Shown here: positions 27,082 through 39,569 of the stretch, piece after piece
How positions within the stretch are numbered: the stretch's first letter is position 1
Layout of the letters: the number at the start of each line of letters is the position of its first letter
Origin: Octopus sinensis
Taxonomy: Eukaryota
Reading direction: 5' to 3'
DNA length: 64,000 nucleotides
NCBI RefSeq assembly: GCF_006345805.1
Contig: NC_043002.1
Location: 87,234,001-87,298,000, forward strand
Position numbers and translations under genes: made by a program
Notes under the pieces: model-generated
The model's database searches: none
What the model was told of the DNA's origin: nothing
What the model saw: only the letters and a program-made list of their open reading frames with translations

Positions 27082-27137
<56 letters not shown>

Positions 27138-27171
27138 TATTAATATTATTATCATGATTATTATTATTATT

Positions 27172-27586
27172 GAGTGAGAGAGCAGTGCATGCCATCAAAG
27201 TGACACTGGGCTAAAATATACGAAGCTCAGTATACCCATCATGACTACCCGTCTGATAAGGGTCCACCAGGCACATGCATCCCAACCATATGTGCACGAC
27301 ATGGTGATCTCATAACAAGATAAACAGCGCATGACCTTGCGGGTGGGGCCTAGTTAGAATTTTCTTCTGGTCGGGTATTCCATCCCACTCAAAAGGTTCC
27401 TGATTAAGGGTTGTTTAAGGATGTTGAATGAAACACATGTTTCCAGAGGTGAACTATTCAAACCCCAAAGAATCCCTCTCAACACATGGCTATGATGCTC
27501 CCCCACTACTTCTACTTGTGATCAGAGATGCACACATCGTCAGCCACTAAGGGACATGCTCAACTGGTTAAGGTCAAACAACTGAC
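27172..27586 (-). mobile_element. (AAT)n-flanked element, 5'-truncated copy
   Basis: Reverse complement of ~12367-12783, with (TTA)n on both sides. Confidence 0.88.
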
Positions 27587-27653
<67 letters not shown>

Positions 27654-27656
27654 ATA

Positions 27657-27727
<71 letters not shown>

Positions 27728-27935
27728 GTCAATTCTATGCATTGAGGAGTTTCACATGTTTGCCTGGATAATATCGTACTGTAAAATATAACATGTAGTA
27801 GCTAAACAACGTTACAGAAGCTCTTAAATGCAAGTCTGCTGGTAACATTTTCCCGTCTTCTAGAGGCATTTACCTAATTTTCTAGGCTGCTTTCACAACT
27901 ATCTCACGTCTGAAATTTACTTTCTACTCTGAAAA

Positions 27936-28708
27936 GGTAAATTTCTGTATAAACACCCGCACGATTTTCACTAAGACAAAAAAAAAAAAAAAATGGGAAA
28001 ACTCAGATTTTTTTGCGTGGCATTAAGTACCCTGACCTCCTAATATGCTGCAAATCCCTTATTTTGGTTCGGAAAAAATGTGTGGGTGAGGTGGGTGACC
28101 CCACCCCTGCCATCCCGGAATCATTGGAATTTTTTTTCTTTCGCTGAATGAATTCCTGTGACCGCCTAATACGCTACAAAATCATTTTTTGGGGGTCCGA
28201 AAAACGGGGTAGGGTGAGGTGGAAGCCTCGGAAATTTCATCCCTTCATTGATCTTTTCACGGTCACGATTTTCACTAAGGAAAAAAACTCAGATTTTTTT
28301 GCGTGGAATCAAGTACCCTGAGCTTCTAATATGCTGCAAATCCCTTATTTTGGTTCGAAAAAAAAACGATGGTTCACCCCACATTTTTCTTGCGGGTAAA
28401 AAGATCAATAGGAGTGGGGATGGGGGTGAAATTTCCGAGGCTCCCACCTCACCCCACCCCGTTTTTCGGACCCTAAAAAGGGTTTTGTAGCATGTTAGGA
28501 GGTCACAGGAATTCATTCAACGAAAAAAAAATAATAAAATTCAGTTATTCCAGGACGGGGGTGGGGCTCTCGCCCCACCTTTATTTCCAAACCAAAATAA
28601 GGGATTTGCAGCATATTATGAGGTCAGGGTACTTGATTTCACGAAAAGATCCGAGTTTTTTTGTTTTCCTTAGGGAAAATCGTGCGGGTGTTAATACAGA
28701 AATTTACC
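27936..28708. mobile_element. Non-autonomous long-TIR (terminal inverted repeat) element, Merlin-like, with TSD
   Basis: Termini GGTAAATTTCTGTA / TACAGAAATTTACC; ~300-bp imperfect arms; TCTGAAAA directly on both flanks. Confidence 0.85.
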
Positions 28709-29218
28709 TCTGAAAATACCAACCCATTCAACTCTTCTGAGTTTGTTTATAAAATGTCCTCATATAGATATAACATCATACAAATTAAGCACTGTACGAA
28801 TCATACTATATGGCAGTGTATACAATAATTATCATATGTGGCACTAGTATAAAATATATTTGCTGATTGCCGTATTCGACTCTTCGTCGTAAATCTACTT
28901 CACATGTTAGAACTCATGAACTTTCTAATTTCTAAATTAACTAGGTCTAATTACTTGTTGTTGTTTATAAATTAATGAAATAATAAATAATTAATAAATA
29001 ATCAAACAGTTCGATAAATTTAATGTGTGCCAATAATTTATACTGTTATATAAGTTTATGATTAAAACATCGAAACATTAACACATACAGAGCTGTCAAA
29101 ATGCTATTATATTCATGTTTAGAGTAGCTTAAACGTAATAATGATGGTATTGATGATGATAATGATGATGATAATAATAATAATAATAATAATGATAATA
29201 ATAATAATAATAATAATT

Positions 29219-29249
<31 letters not shown>

Positions 29250-29763
29250 TAATAATAGTTAATTTTACAAACCCAATTTCGATATGTTAACAGTAGCTGT
29301 AAATATTGTCTCACTTTACGAAATTACAGTTTTACATCTCCGATAAGGGATTTTCAACTGCATTGTTACCCGCTGCAATAATTAATTGATTAATTAACTA
29401 ATTGATTAATATATTCATTAGCTCCTAATTGCTTACTCCTCATCTCATGTATTTAGAATTTCGCAAACGACTAGTTTCTTTGGTTTGCTGGAGCACCTTT
29501 AGTGGAACAAATCGACCCCAGGACTTATTCTTTGTAAGCCTAATACTTATTCTATCCGATATAATCGGAATCTACCACCATCTGAAGTAAATTTGTAGAA
29601 CATTCCAGTAAGAAATATCCATTTTTCTGAAAGATATGAGGAAACAAAGTCGGTTGGGCACATGTGCAGCAAACTCCTGCCGGTACTTCAGAAATAAAAG
29701 ATGAACACACACACACACACCACACACACACACACCACACACACACACACACACACATTTATA

Positions 29764-31004
29764 CAGAGTGCGGACGGTATTTGAGGACATGTATCTTTTT
29801 TTATTGAGTGTTTTATTTGATTAATATTCAGAAAATAGCAATGACAGGCCCTGTGCTTACTAATGAAATGAAAAAGCATGCTGTGATTGTGGCTTTAAAG
29901 ACTAAACATGGTGATTTAGAAATTTCTCGTTTTCTGAAAGTTGCTAGATCTTTCGTCCACAAGATTCGGTGTGAGTTACAGAAAGATAAAAACGTATTAC
30001 CTGTATCAAAATGTAAAAAAAAAATATTCCAAACGCTCTGATTCTACCAGGACACCTGAATTTATTCAAAGGGTTAAGCAAAACATTGAAGACAATCCAG
30101 GAAAATCAATGAGGTCAATTGTAAAAAAATTTCGGGTGTCAGGAAAACAATCAGAAATGTTGTGCATGAAGACAGACATGAGATAGAAATCTTACGTGAT
30201 GAAGAGAGGTCAATTTATGTTAGAAAAAATAAAAAGCAAAAAAAAAGATTCCTTTAATCAGATCCAAGAGACTTTTGAACAAACTTAAAATTCCATAAGA
30301 ATATCGTGTGATTTGGTTTTACTGAGATGAGAAAAACTTCGACCAGGACCAGAAAACTAACAGAAGAAATGACAGATGGCTATGTGCAGACCTTTCTGAG
30401 GTTCTAAGTGTGATGCACACAAAATTACCTGCAAGTGTCATGGTTTTGTGTGTTGTTAGCAGTGAAGAACATGTGATACCTCTTCACAAAGCCTTAAGAG
30501 TTAATGCTGCTGCCTATAACGAGGTTCTGGATAAAGGTGTTAAGCCTTGGATCAACAGTGTATGCAATGGAAGACGTTGTGTCTTTCAACAAGATTCTGC
30601 ACCATCACACAATGCTCAACTGACACAAGAATGGTGGCCAACAATTTGCATGATCACATTGCGCCCAGCATTGGCCTCCTAATTCCTCAGATCCACTGGA
30701 CTATTGTATATGGAGCATCGTTGGAAAAATGTCAATGAATATCCTCATAGCACCAAAGATTCTTTGAAAGCCACCATAGTTGAGTCACGTCCGATATGAA
30801 CAGGGAACACTTAATCCGAGTTAGTAAACGATTTCGAGACCGTTTAGAGGTAGTTATTGATGCTTATGGTGGTATTATTGAATGAAATTATTAAATTGAT
30901 AATTTAGGCTTATGTTTATGCTTTTCTATAAAAATAGTTTTTCCTGCTATTATATACGATTGTTTAATACCACAAATCTGTCCTCAAATACCGTCCGCAC
31001 TCTG
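29764..31004 (+). mobile_element. Full-length decayed maT (DD37D)-like Tc1/mariner transposon
   Basis: Perfect 26-bp TIR CAGAGTGCGGACGGTATTTGAGGACA with TA TSD. Frameshifted transposase with RTPEFIQRVK, DEKNFDQD, VFQQDSAPSH and PLDY. Confidence 0.92.
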
Positions 31005-31365
31005 TATATATATATATATGCAGTCAAGCACAAGGTACATTCCAGAGACACATTTATCAATTTCAAGTACAAAATTCTAATCTCTTTCAAAGTAAGTTCC
31101 TCTGACTTCAATGCCGAACGGATACAATGCCAATCGGACATAAAGCCGAATGGACACAATAATAGTAAAAAATTCCTACCTATGCAGTTTAATGGCCAGT
31201 TCACTAATTTGTCACTTTAGATTTAACGAGATCATATATAGTTAAAATAATAATTATAAAACAAACATTCTTACCTATGTAGTTTAATGATCAATTCACC
31301 AATGTGTGCCTTAAGATTTAAAGAGATTAAAAATAGTTAATCTCGAAAACATCTTTCTCTAATAG

Positions 31366-31499
<134 letters not shown>

Positions 31500-31589
31500 A
31501 TCTTACATAGTAATATTTATCGAGATTAAAAATAGTTAACTATTTAATTACATTTTTTTAAGTAGTGCAATTATCCCCATAATTTGACC

Positions 31590-31862
31590 ATGGAATTCAC
31601 TAAAACAGAACGTTGTGGCAGAAAGCTCCTTCTTAATGGATATACATACATTGTTGATAAATATGTTAAGGAAACCACTTACTGGAGATGTGAAAAACGA
31701 AAAGTGTGCAATGCTAGAATTAGAATTAGAAGTGATACCGAACATAGAAGTGCTTCAAATCATTCACATCCTCCAGGTGGTGCTCATATTAACGTTTTAA
31801 AAGCTTTAAATAAAATAAAGACTAGAGCTGAACAAACAAGCGGTGATATGCAGAAGAGGTAA
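31590..31862 (+). pseudogene. FLYWCH zinc-finger ORF, 90 aa, probable Mutator/Phantom transposase N-terminal relic
   Basis: MEFTKTERCGRKLLLNGYTY..TYWRCEKRKVCNARI..NHSHPP. Confidence 0.78.
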
Positions 31863-31989
31863 CAGGCATCCAATGAAATTCTAATTAAGCAGGCTACTAT
31901 AGGGATTGGCATATCACGACCTAACAAAAATAGGATACTATATGCACTCGTTGCATTATTCAGGGGCATGTGCCTACACTTCGAGTGGA

Positions 31990-32700
31990 TGAAGTTGGCC
32001 TTTTGTGGTGAAATCCCTTCCTGAATTCCTTCAAAACCACTACAACATACTCATTGTTGACCATCTGGCTAATGAGAATCTAGTCTCTGCAGGTGATGCC
32101 CTTGCTGTCGAAAAAGGGGATCATCATGAGCGTCCCGGTGGCCTTGCTTTGCCTGGCCTTCGTGGGTCTAGGGGAGCTAGTATGCTTCCGTTGAATACTT
32201 TGTCTCTTGATTTCTGGATGAGATCTAACTTTCGTAACAGGTCACCAGAGACTCAAGTACTCTAGAAATGGAGGTAATGCACTCATCATCTCCCTGCTCT
32301 CACCATCGCGTTTTCCCTTCTATTCCTCACTGAGGACTTTCGAAACAAACTTTGTACAAATTTTGCGCATGTTCAGATCTTCATGAATAAATCTGTGTGC
32401 AGTTGTCATATTAACTCCAAACTGCAAGCTTACTGTCTTTATAGCCACACGACAGTCTTCATCCAGAAAGTTGCGAATTTTCTTAACAACCTCTGATGTT
32501 CTGACGTGCGTCTGCCTGCAACATCTCTCATCGCTCTCTCATCTCCTCTTTACTCTCTTTGAACCTCTTGTGTCAGCGAAAAACAGACGCTTGGCTCATG
32601 CAAGTTAAGTCATAAGCAGTCTGGAGCATTTCCTAAGTTTCTGTAGCGATTTCACCCAATTTCACACAAAACGTTATTGCATTTCGAGCTTCTAAATCGT
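31990..32700 (-). mobile_element. Mariner transposase relic
   Basis: FCVKLGEIATET*EMLQTAY..MSQASVFR*HKRFKES..IHEDLNMRKICTKFV..KARQSK..MIPFFDS. Confidence 0.85.
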
Positions 32701-33173
32701 CTTCACGTCACGACTGCATTCTGTAAGTTAGTCAGCTGTGATAAGTAATGTATAACAGGGTTATTGAAAGTGCCGTTGCAACTGTCTCTTTCAATCTGGC
32801 ATGACACAACTTGGCAGGTAAGCTTATTAGATGTATATTTATGATATACTACAGTTACAATAAGTAGGACAGTTATAACAGCCACTCTTAAAATAGTCTC
32901 AAAACTTCTGGATGCAACACGTGTATATATTGTTACATGTTAAATTCTAACATGTTAAATTAGGTTTATTATTTTAAAGCAAGTTTAAGAATACGAATTA
33001 AACATTACCTCAAGGGTGACTCAACATTAAAAGTAGAATCAATTTTACTGTAAAGTCCGTGTTGAGTGGGAGTTCAAGTTTTGCCGAGAGTTTTGTTTAG
33101 TCTGTCTGGTTGGATAAGCCGTTAGGCGAAACTTATACGAAAGTCCTTTTTAGAACGAACTTTATCTGTCTGT

Positions 33174-33263
<90 letters not shown>

Positions 33264-33342
33264 GTCTCTTTCTCCCCCTTCCTCTCTATCTAGCTATTTC
33301 TCTCTCTTCCCCTCTCTCTATATATATTTGGGGAAGGGGGTG

Positions 33343-33830
33343 ATGTTTGATGGGTGTACGTTGGTGGATAGATGCTTAGTGGGTATATAGTCGATGGGTA
33401 CATGCTTAATGGGCACATGGTTGATGGGAGCAATTTTGATGAGTACATCTTAGGGATAGATGTTTGGTGGGTAGATATTTTGTGGGTACATATTTGATGG
33501 ATATCTGTCAGGTGGGTTCATGCTTGATAGCTACATGTTTGCTGGGTGCATGTGTGCTGGGGCCATGTAAGATGGGGATATATTTGACGGATATAACATA
33601 TTTAGTGAGTGGAATTTTGGTGGACAAGCTTTGTGGGTACATGTTGAGAAGGTATAACGTACTTACTGGGTAGGTTCATGTTTCGGGGTATAATATATTT
33701 AGTGTTCACAGCTTGTTTAATGGCCTCAACATGTTTGGTAGACACATTGTATTTAGTTGGCACTAATTTTATGGGTTTTATCATTTCTGGTACGGACAGC
33801 ATGTTTGGTCGGCGTAACATATTTTTCTGA
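33343..33830. repeat. Cryptic degenerate minisatellite with a 15-bp then 18-bp period
   Basis: Units like ATGTTTGATGGGTAC, followed by units like AACATGTTTGGTAGACAC. Confidence 0.8.
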
Positions 33831-33860
33831 AGGAGGATTTAGATGCTATTTAGAGGTAGG

Positions 33861-34275
33861 GGATCTTTTCGGTTTGAACGGCAGTTTTTTCTAGCGGTGT
33901 CATATGAAATTGTCACCCATAATTATGACCCTAGTATCGATCTATTGCATTTCAATCTGTTTAAGGGTTAGGGTTAGGGGTGGGGGGAGGGTATCTTTTT
34001 TCTTCAGAAATGTAAATAAACCCAATCTGTTTCTTAAACGAGGGACATATTCATACAGCACAGAATGTTTTCACCTCAAATACACGTCATTGATTGGTTG
34101 AAATTGCCAAAATTGAAGAAAATATCTTACAAATATCTTACAAACTATAGAATTTTCTCAATAAAGCCAAGAGAAAAAGATGTTTTATAAACACATTCTA
34201 CCAGTATACGAAGTTTAAAATTTTTTAGTTACCTAGAAATTATGTTAAAAACTGCCGTTCAAACCGAAAAGATCC
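33861..34275 (+). mobile_element. MITE with GGATCTTTTCGGTTTGAACGGCAG TIR (Merlin-like termini)
   Basis: Perfect TIRs; flanks GAGGTAGG / GAGGTGGG (8-bp TSD with 1 mismatch). Confidence 0.88.
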
Positions 34276-35463
34276 GAGGTGGGTACTATATCTTTGTATA
34301 CATGTGAGTGAAACATGGACTGGTAATAGTAGTAGTAGTAGTAGTAGTAGTAGCAGTAGTAGTAGATAGTTATTTGTTATGTAAATTACTAAAACATAAT
34401 GATGTCGTCAGTCAAACTTCACCCCAGGCGTTCCAACCACGACCATCCTGGTTTTTGTAAATCTTCGACTATATTGTTCAACGCGTCCTTCTTTATTTTT
34501 TATTAGGATAGTTGGGTGTGATTTGAGCGAATTTCATTGCTATTTCTAAAAAGTCGGAGAGGAAGTAGGAGGTGATAACAGCTTTGCATTCAAAAATAAT
34601 ATTACCTTTGAGAGTTAATTTATTATATTGCTTTCTATACGGATTTGTTCTCAGTATGCATTTCCTTAGTCAGTAGATTAACAAAAAAAAACAAAACATA
34701 GAAAGTAAGATAACAATAACAACACTAGCAGCAGCAGCAGTAAGAAAAAGAAACAGAAGAAAAAAAGCCACATCAGAAAATACGAGTTAAGAATTAACGA
34801 ACAAAAAACGTTAATGTATATCTTTCAAAGATGTTAGTCGTGACTTTAAAGCAGAGATAGATGTCACGAATTTATATTGCTGATTTCGTCTTCAGTGTTA
34901 TTTTTGTATAAATCCCAGTTTTATGAATTCTAAACGAAGAGCTATTCACAGGAATTCTACAAATTCCACACTTCTTCGTTGTTAGTTGTTAGTTGTAGAA
35001 CGTAAAACATATTTCTTTCTAATTGCTGCTTTCATTTAACGGCGGCATTCATTTGATGTAAGGAAAGAAAAAAAAAAGACAAGACAAAACAAAAAATAAA
35101 ACAAAATCAAAACAAAAAAAAACAACAACAAAAAACAAACCAACAAACAGAAAACACAAAAATCCCGGCTAAATCGACAGGGAATGACGGTATAGAATAT
35201 TTTTGATCATTCTTCGGTATCATATTTTGGAATAACCATCATTGTGAATTTTCGTTTTCAATTATAAGTTTCGTGAAATAAAAGCTAAAAAGAATTGGAC
35301 GTTTATTAAATCAGGAAGTAGTAGTAGTAGTAGTAGTAGCAGCAGCAGCAGTAGTAGTCATAGTAGTAGTTGGGTGGTGGTGGTCAGAAGAGTATGAATA
35401 AGAGCGTAAATGTGCGTAGCAGTGTTATTGGTAGTTATAAGTGATTACTAAACTCTTCTTTGA

Positions 35464-35860
35464 TGTTACTTAAAACTCTGTAAAGAAAAGAACTTCAAGA
35501 AAATACTCGATGAAATATACAGTACCAGATAGGAATTAGAACCGTGTTTCGTGGTCTGCTACCACACCAGCTCCTTTCTAGAATCCAGTTAGCTCAAGAC
35601 ATCATCAGGAGGAACCACATCCGGTTTCGGCCGCTACTCCTCTACCGTTTTGACGTGGCGCCCCCCTTCGAATGTGTCTTCAGCTCTGGTGTTGGGTGCA
35701 TGTCTTCTTTCTTCTTTCTTCTGTTCCCTGGCCTCTTCGATGTATCGTCAGCGAGTGTCAGCCGGTGACTGACTGACTTGTTAAATTTTCCCCTTTAAAT
35801 ACCTGCCGCTAGGCTCCAGCAGGCAGCCCCAGCAAGTTGTCACGTCACACTGTCTCAACA
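35464..35860 (-). other. GC-richer LTR-like island, possible solo LTR or PLE terminal repeat
   Basis: TGTT...AACA ends; on minus strand TATTTAAA followed by CAGTCAGTC; three CTGANGA motifs. No TSD found and boundaries are uncertain. Confidence 0.35.
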
Positions 35861-37039
35861 TAACTGACTAGTGAAGGCGCGTAGTTTTAGCCCGCGCATT
35901 CTCTAGTAGTATTTGTATTGCTAATCGTTTGGTCTTGTATATTCCGATTTTGTGCTATCAATTTCAAGGGCTGGCATACTCGTTAGAGCGTCGGGGAAAA
36001 TGCTTTGCTTTCTTTTTGTTGTTGTTTAGGTACTTTAAGTTCTGATTTCAAATACCACCGACGTCAACTTTGACTTTCATCCTCCCCGGAGTCGATAAAA
36101 TAAAGTCAAGTAACAGCCAAGTACTTAAGTCAACTAAACCAGGCAAGCTTTTTAGGGGAATAGGGCTGCACGAGACATGACCCAACATCAGGCGGGCCGC
36201 ATTACTAATAAAATTCAAGGTAATGTTTCGTTAAGCGTGTCATTTAGAAAGTCTCAAGGACCTCTGTTTGGCCATGACTGAAATAAATCCTCCGATCAAA
36301 TTCCTAGCCTCTGTTGATAACACAAGTTATTCAACCTCAAAATGATGAAATACTATTTCTTACTTTGACAAGAAAGAAACTCAGGAATCAGAAATCAAAC
36401 TGTATATTAAACGGTTCTCTACAGTCAAACTATCAATAAATATAATATTCAACCAAGATCAACTATATCTTTCATCCCGCCGGGGATATAACTTATCGAT
36501 AAACTTAAAATCTTGTACTGTCTTCGAGTGCAGATTTGCCAGTATCAGAATGATTATAACGTCAAACAAAATTAAAAATCCAAATTAAAATCCTATATAG
36601 CTTAATAAAAAAATGAAATTAAAAAGTGCTGACGTTTAACTGACTAAAAGTTGGTATATATCTTGTAGGTAAGTTTAGATATTTATATTTTTTGTCACTA
36701 TGAATATATCTTACATAGCAATCTCAGTTACTGACTGATTTTATCGACACCAGAAGAGGAGAAATCAAAATTGAACCTGATTGAGTGTGAATTCAGCAGG
36801 AAGAAAATTGCGAAATGCATTTAATTCGATGCTCTAACGGAATAGTTATTATGAATGCCTTGCACTTTCACTACCTGATGGAGTCGTAGATACAGCATTT
36901 TGACATACGACGTGCTTTGAGTTTTTGTGGTGAGCTCATCTCCTCTCCAGAGTTGAATACAGCAGGGGGAGAGAAAGAGAGAATTCTACCTCGTTGCGAA
37001 CTGGTGTTTTATGTATGAACCACGAAAGAAGAAAGACGG

Positions 37040-37457
37040 GATCTTTTCGGTTTGAACGGCAGTTTTTTCTAGCGGTGTCATATGAAATTGTCACCCATGA
37101 TTGTGACCCTAATATCGATCTATTGCATTTCAATCTGTTTTAGAGTTAGGGTTAGGGGTGGGGGAAGGGTATCTTTTTTTCTTCACAAATGTAAATAAAC
37201 CCAATCTGTTTCTTAAACGAGGGACATATTCATACGGCACAGAATGTTTTTTTTAACCTCAATAGACGTATTTGATTGGTTGAAATTGCCAAAATTGAAG
37301 AAAACAAACAACAAATATCTTACAAACCATAGAATTTTCTCAATAAAGCCAAGAGAAAAAGATGTTTTATAAACACATTCTACCAGTATACGAAGTTTAA
37401 AATTTTTTAGTTACCTAGAAATTATGTTAAAAACTGCCGTTCAAACTGAAAAGATCC
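37040..37457 (+). mobile_element. MITE, same family as 33861
   Basis: Colinear copy; flanks AAAAGACG / GAAAGGCG match 6 of 8. Confidence 0.88.
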
Positions 37458-39569
37458 GAAAGGCGAAGTTGGATTCAACGGATATTGAATCTTGAACACT
37501 AAGAGCTAGGACAAATACGGAAGAGCAAGCTAACCAAACTCTGTAACGACTCAGCCAACACACCGTCTTATAATTGCCATGATATTAAGAGCAAATAACT
37601 GCAGAATCCTTTAAGACGGCGATCCCACCGTACAAACAACGATGAAGAACACATGCTTCCACACGCGTGTTGATGTGCTTCCATGCAATATCACCAATGA
37701 TAACTTGCACTTCATTGCACATGTTCCTTGTTCTGGTGCAATATTCAAGAATAAAGACTACTAATAATACACACAAATACAACAAAAAAACTTCGGATTA
37801 TTTCCACAAATAGACTCATAACTGAATATTGGGAATGCTAAACATTTAAATACACAATGGAGAACGTACTACCACTGAATGCAATTATTTAATCTACCTT
37901 TCTTTTTCTCCCTCTCTGTTTCTTTTTGTTTTTCTATCTTATTACATTCCACCCACCCACCCACACACTAACCTACCGCCTCTTTCTCACTGCGGCGTAT
38001 ACACATAAGAATTCACCACAGTTTATTTTTACATCTTCTCCAGTGATGTGTGTGTGTATACGCATGTACGTACACACACACGTATTAGTAAAATTTATGT
38101 GTTTCTGTACATTCATAACCATAAACATTATCAATTACGTACATACATACATACATACATGCATGCATGCATACATACATACATACATACATACATACAT
38201 ACATACATACATACATGCATGCATACATACATACACACACATTTATATATTTATATATATTTACATATATATACATATATATATGTATTTACGTATCTTA
38301 TATATATATACATATATATAGACAACAATAAATTTATATTTTAGCATATATATTGATACATACATGCCTATATATTTGTACGTACAAACAAACACACAGA
38401 CACACACACACGCATATACACATATGTATATGCGTATATATATGCATACGCATATGTATGTATGCATGTATGTATGTATGTATATATATATATATGTATA
38501 TATATATGTATACATATATATATATATATATATATGAACTAAATAAACAGCAAATGTAATGAGATTTTATGTTGAGGAATTTTGGGAATTTTGGGAATTA
38601 GACGCTTTTTAGGATTCCAAAGAAAACGAACATATTAAAATTATTTACTTTTTTTTTGTATTCAGGAAATCATTGTAAATTCTATACTGTAGCTTTTCTC
38701 ATTCTTGTTGCCTTATATAACAAGCCGTCACAGAGATGATCACCACTATAACCACCACCACCACCGTCAGCATAATCACCTTCTCCACCGTAAAATTCAC
38801 TATCACAACTATATCCGCCATTACAACTACCACCCTCTGCCAGTAACAATATTATGAAGCTCACATCCCCTCCCATCGTATCCAATTGATAGCGTTACGT
38901 AATAGTCAAGTGAGAGAAACTTGTCATAGAGCTCAACTTAAATGTTTGAATAATTTGTTTCACTCTGTAAAAAGTTAGGCTCGACCATCTTTAACACCCG
39001 TTAATCACTAGCTGTCTGTCTCTGGAATTGGTTTCTCATTTTATATATTTTTCTTTTGTTTCAAATTTCAAAAAAAATGTCTTGTTATATTTATCAGGCT
39101 GTCAAGCAAGTTTTAACTTGATTTATTTCTGTAATATCTAAAAGATTTTAGACACTCTAAATCTCCACTTATGGCTTCCAAAGAAACTGCTATCTACGAA
39201 ATAGTCTACATATTGTCGCGCGAACTGAAAGAAATAACAGTGATGTGTTTCTAATCAAACAATGCCACCCTGAAAAGGAAACGTAAAAGAAAGCTGATAA
39301 ACAATGTCTATAAAATTGAAATAGTCATGATTAGAATATTCATCAAGCAAAGGACTGCATCGTCATAGTTGACAACTACAACAACTGCAACAATAACTGC
39401 AACAATAACTGTCGCTGCTCTCAGGGTGAAGCTAAGGTGATACATAGGTGAGCGAACATGATGCTGTTATTTTAGACATTTTAAACGATTAATAATTGTG
39501 TCAAAACTTGGACACCATTTAAGAGACTATTTGTGGTCTTAAGAGCTACAACAGCTACAGTTAAAAAGG

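Noticed and set aside
29370-29430. Cluster of TAAT/ATTA motifs as a homeodomain enhancer
   Set aside because: Expected in AT-rich DNA; no conservation data.
38682-38885. Gly-rich 67-aa ORF
   Set aside because: Looks like a decayed (ACC)/(CAT) triplet repeat.
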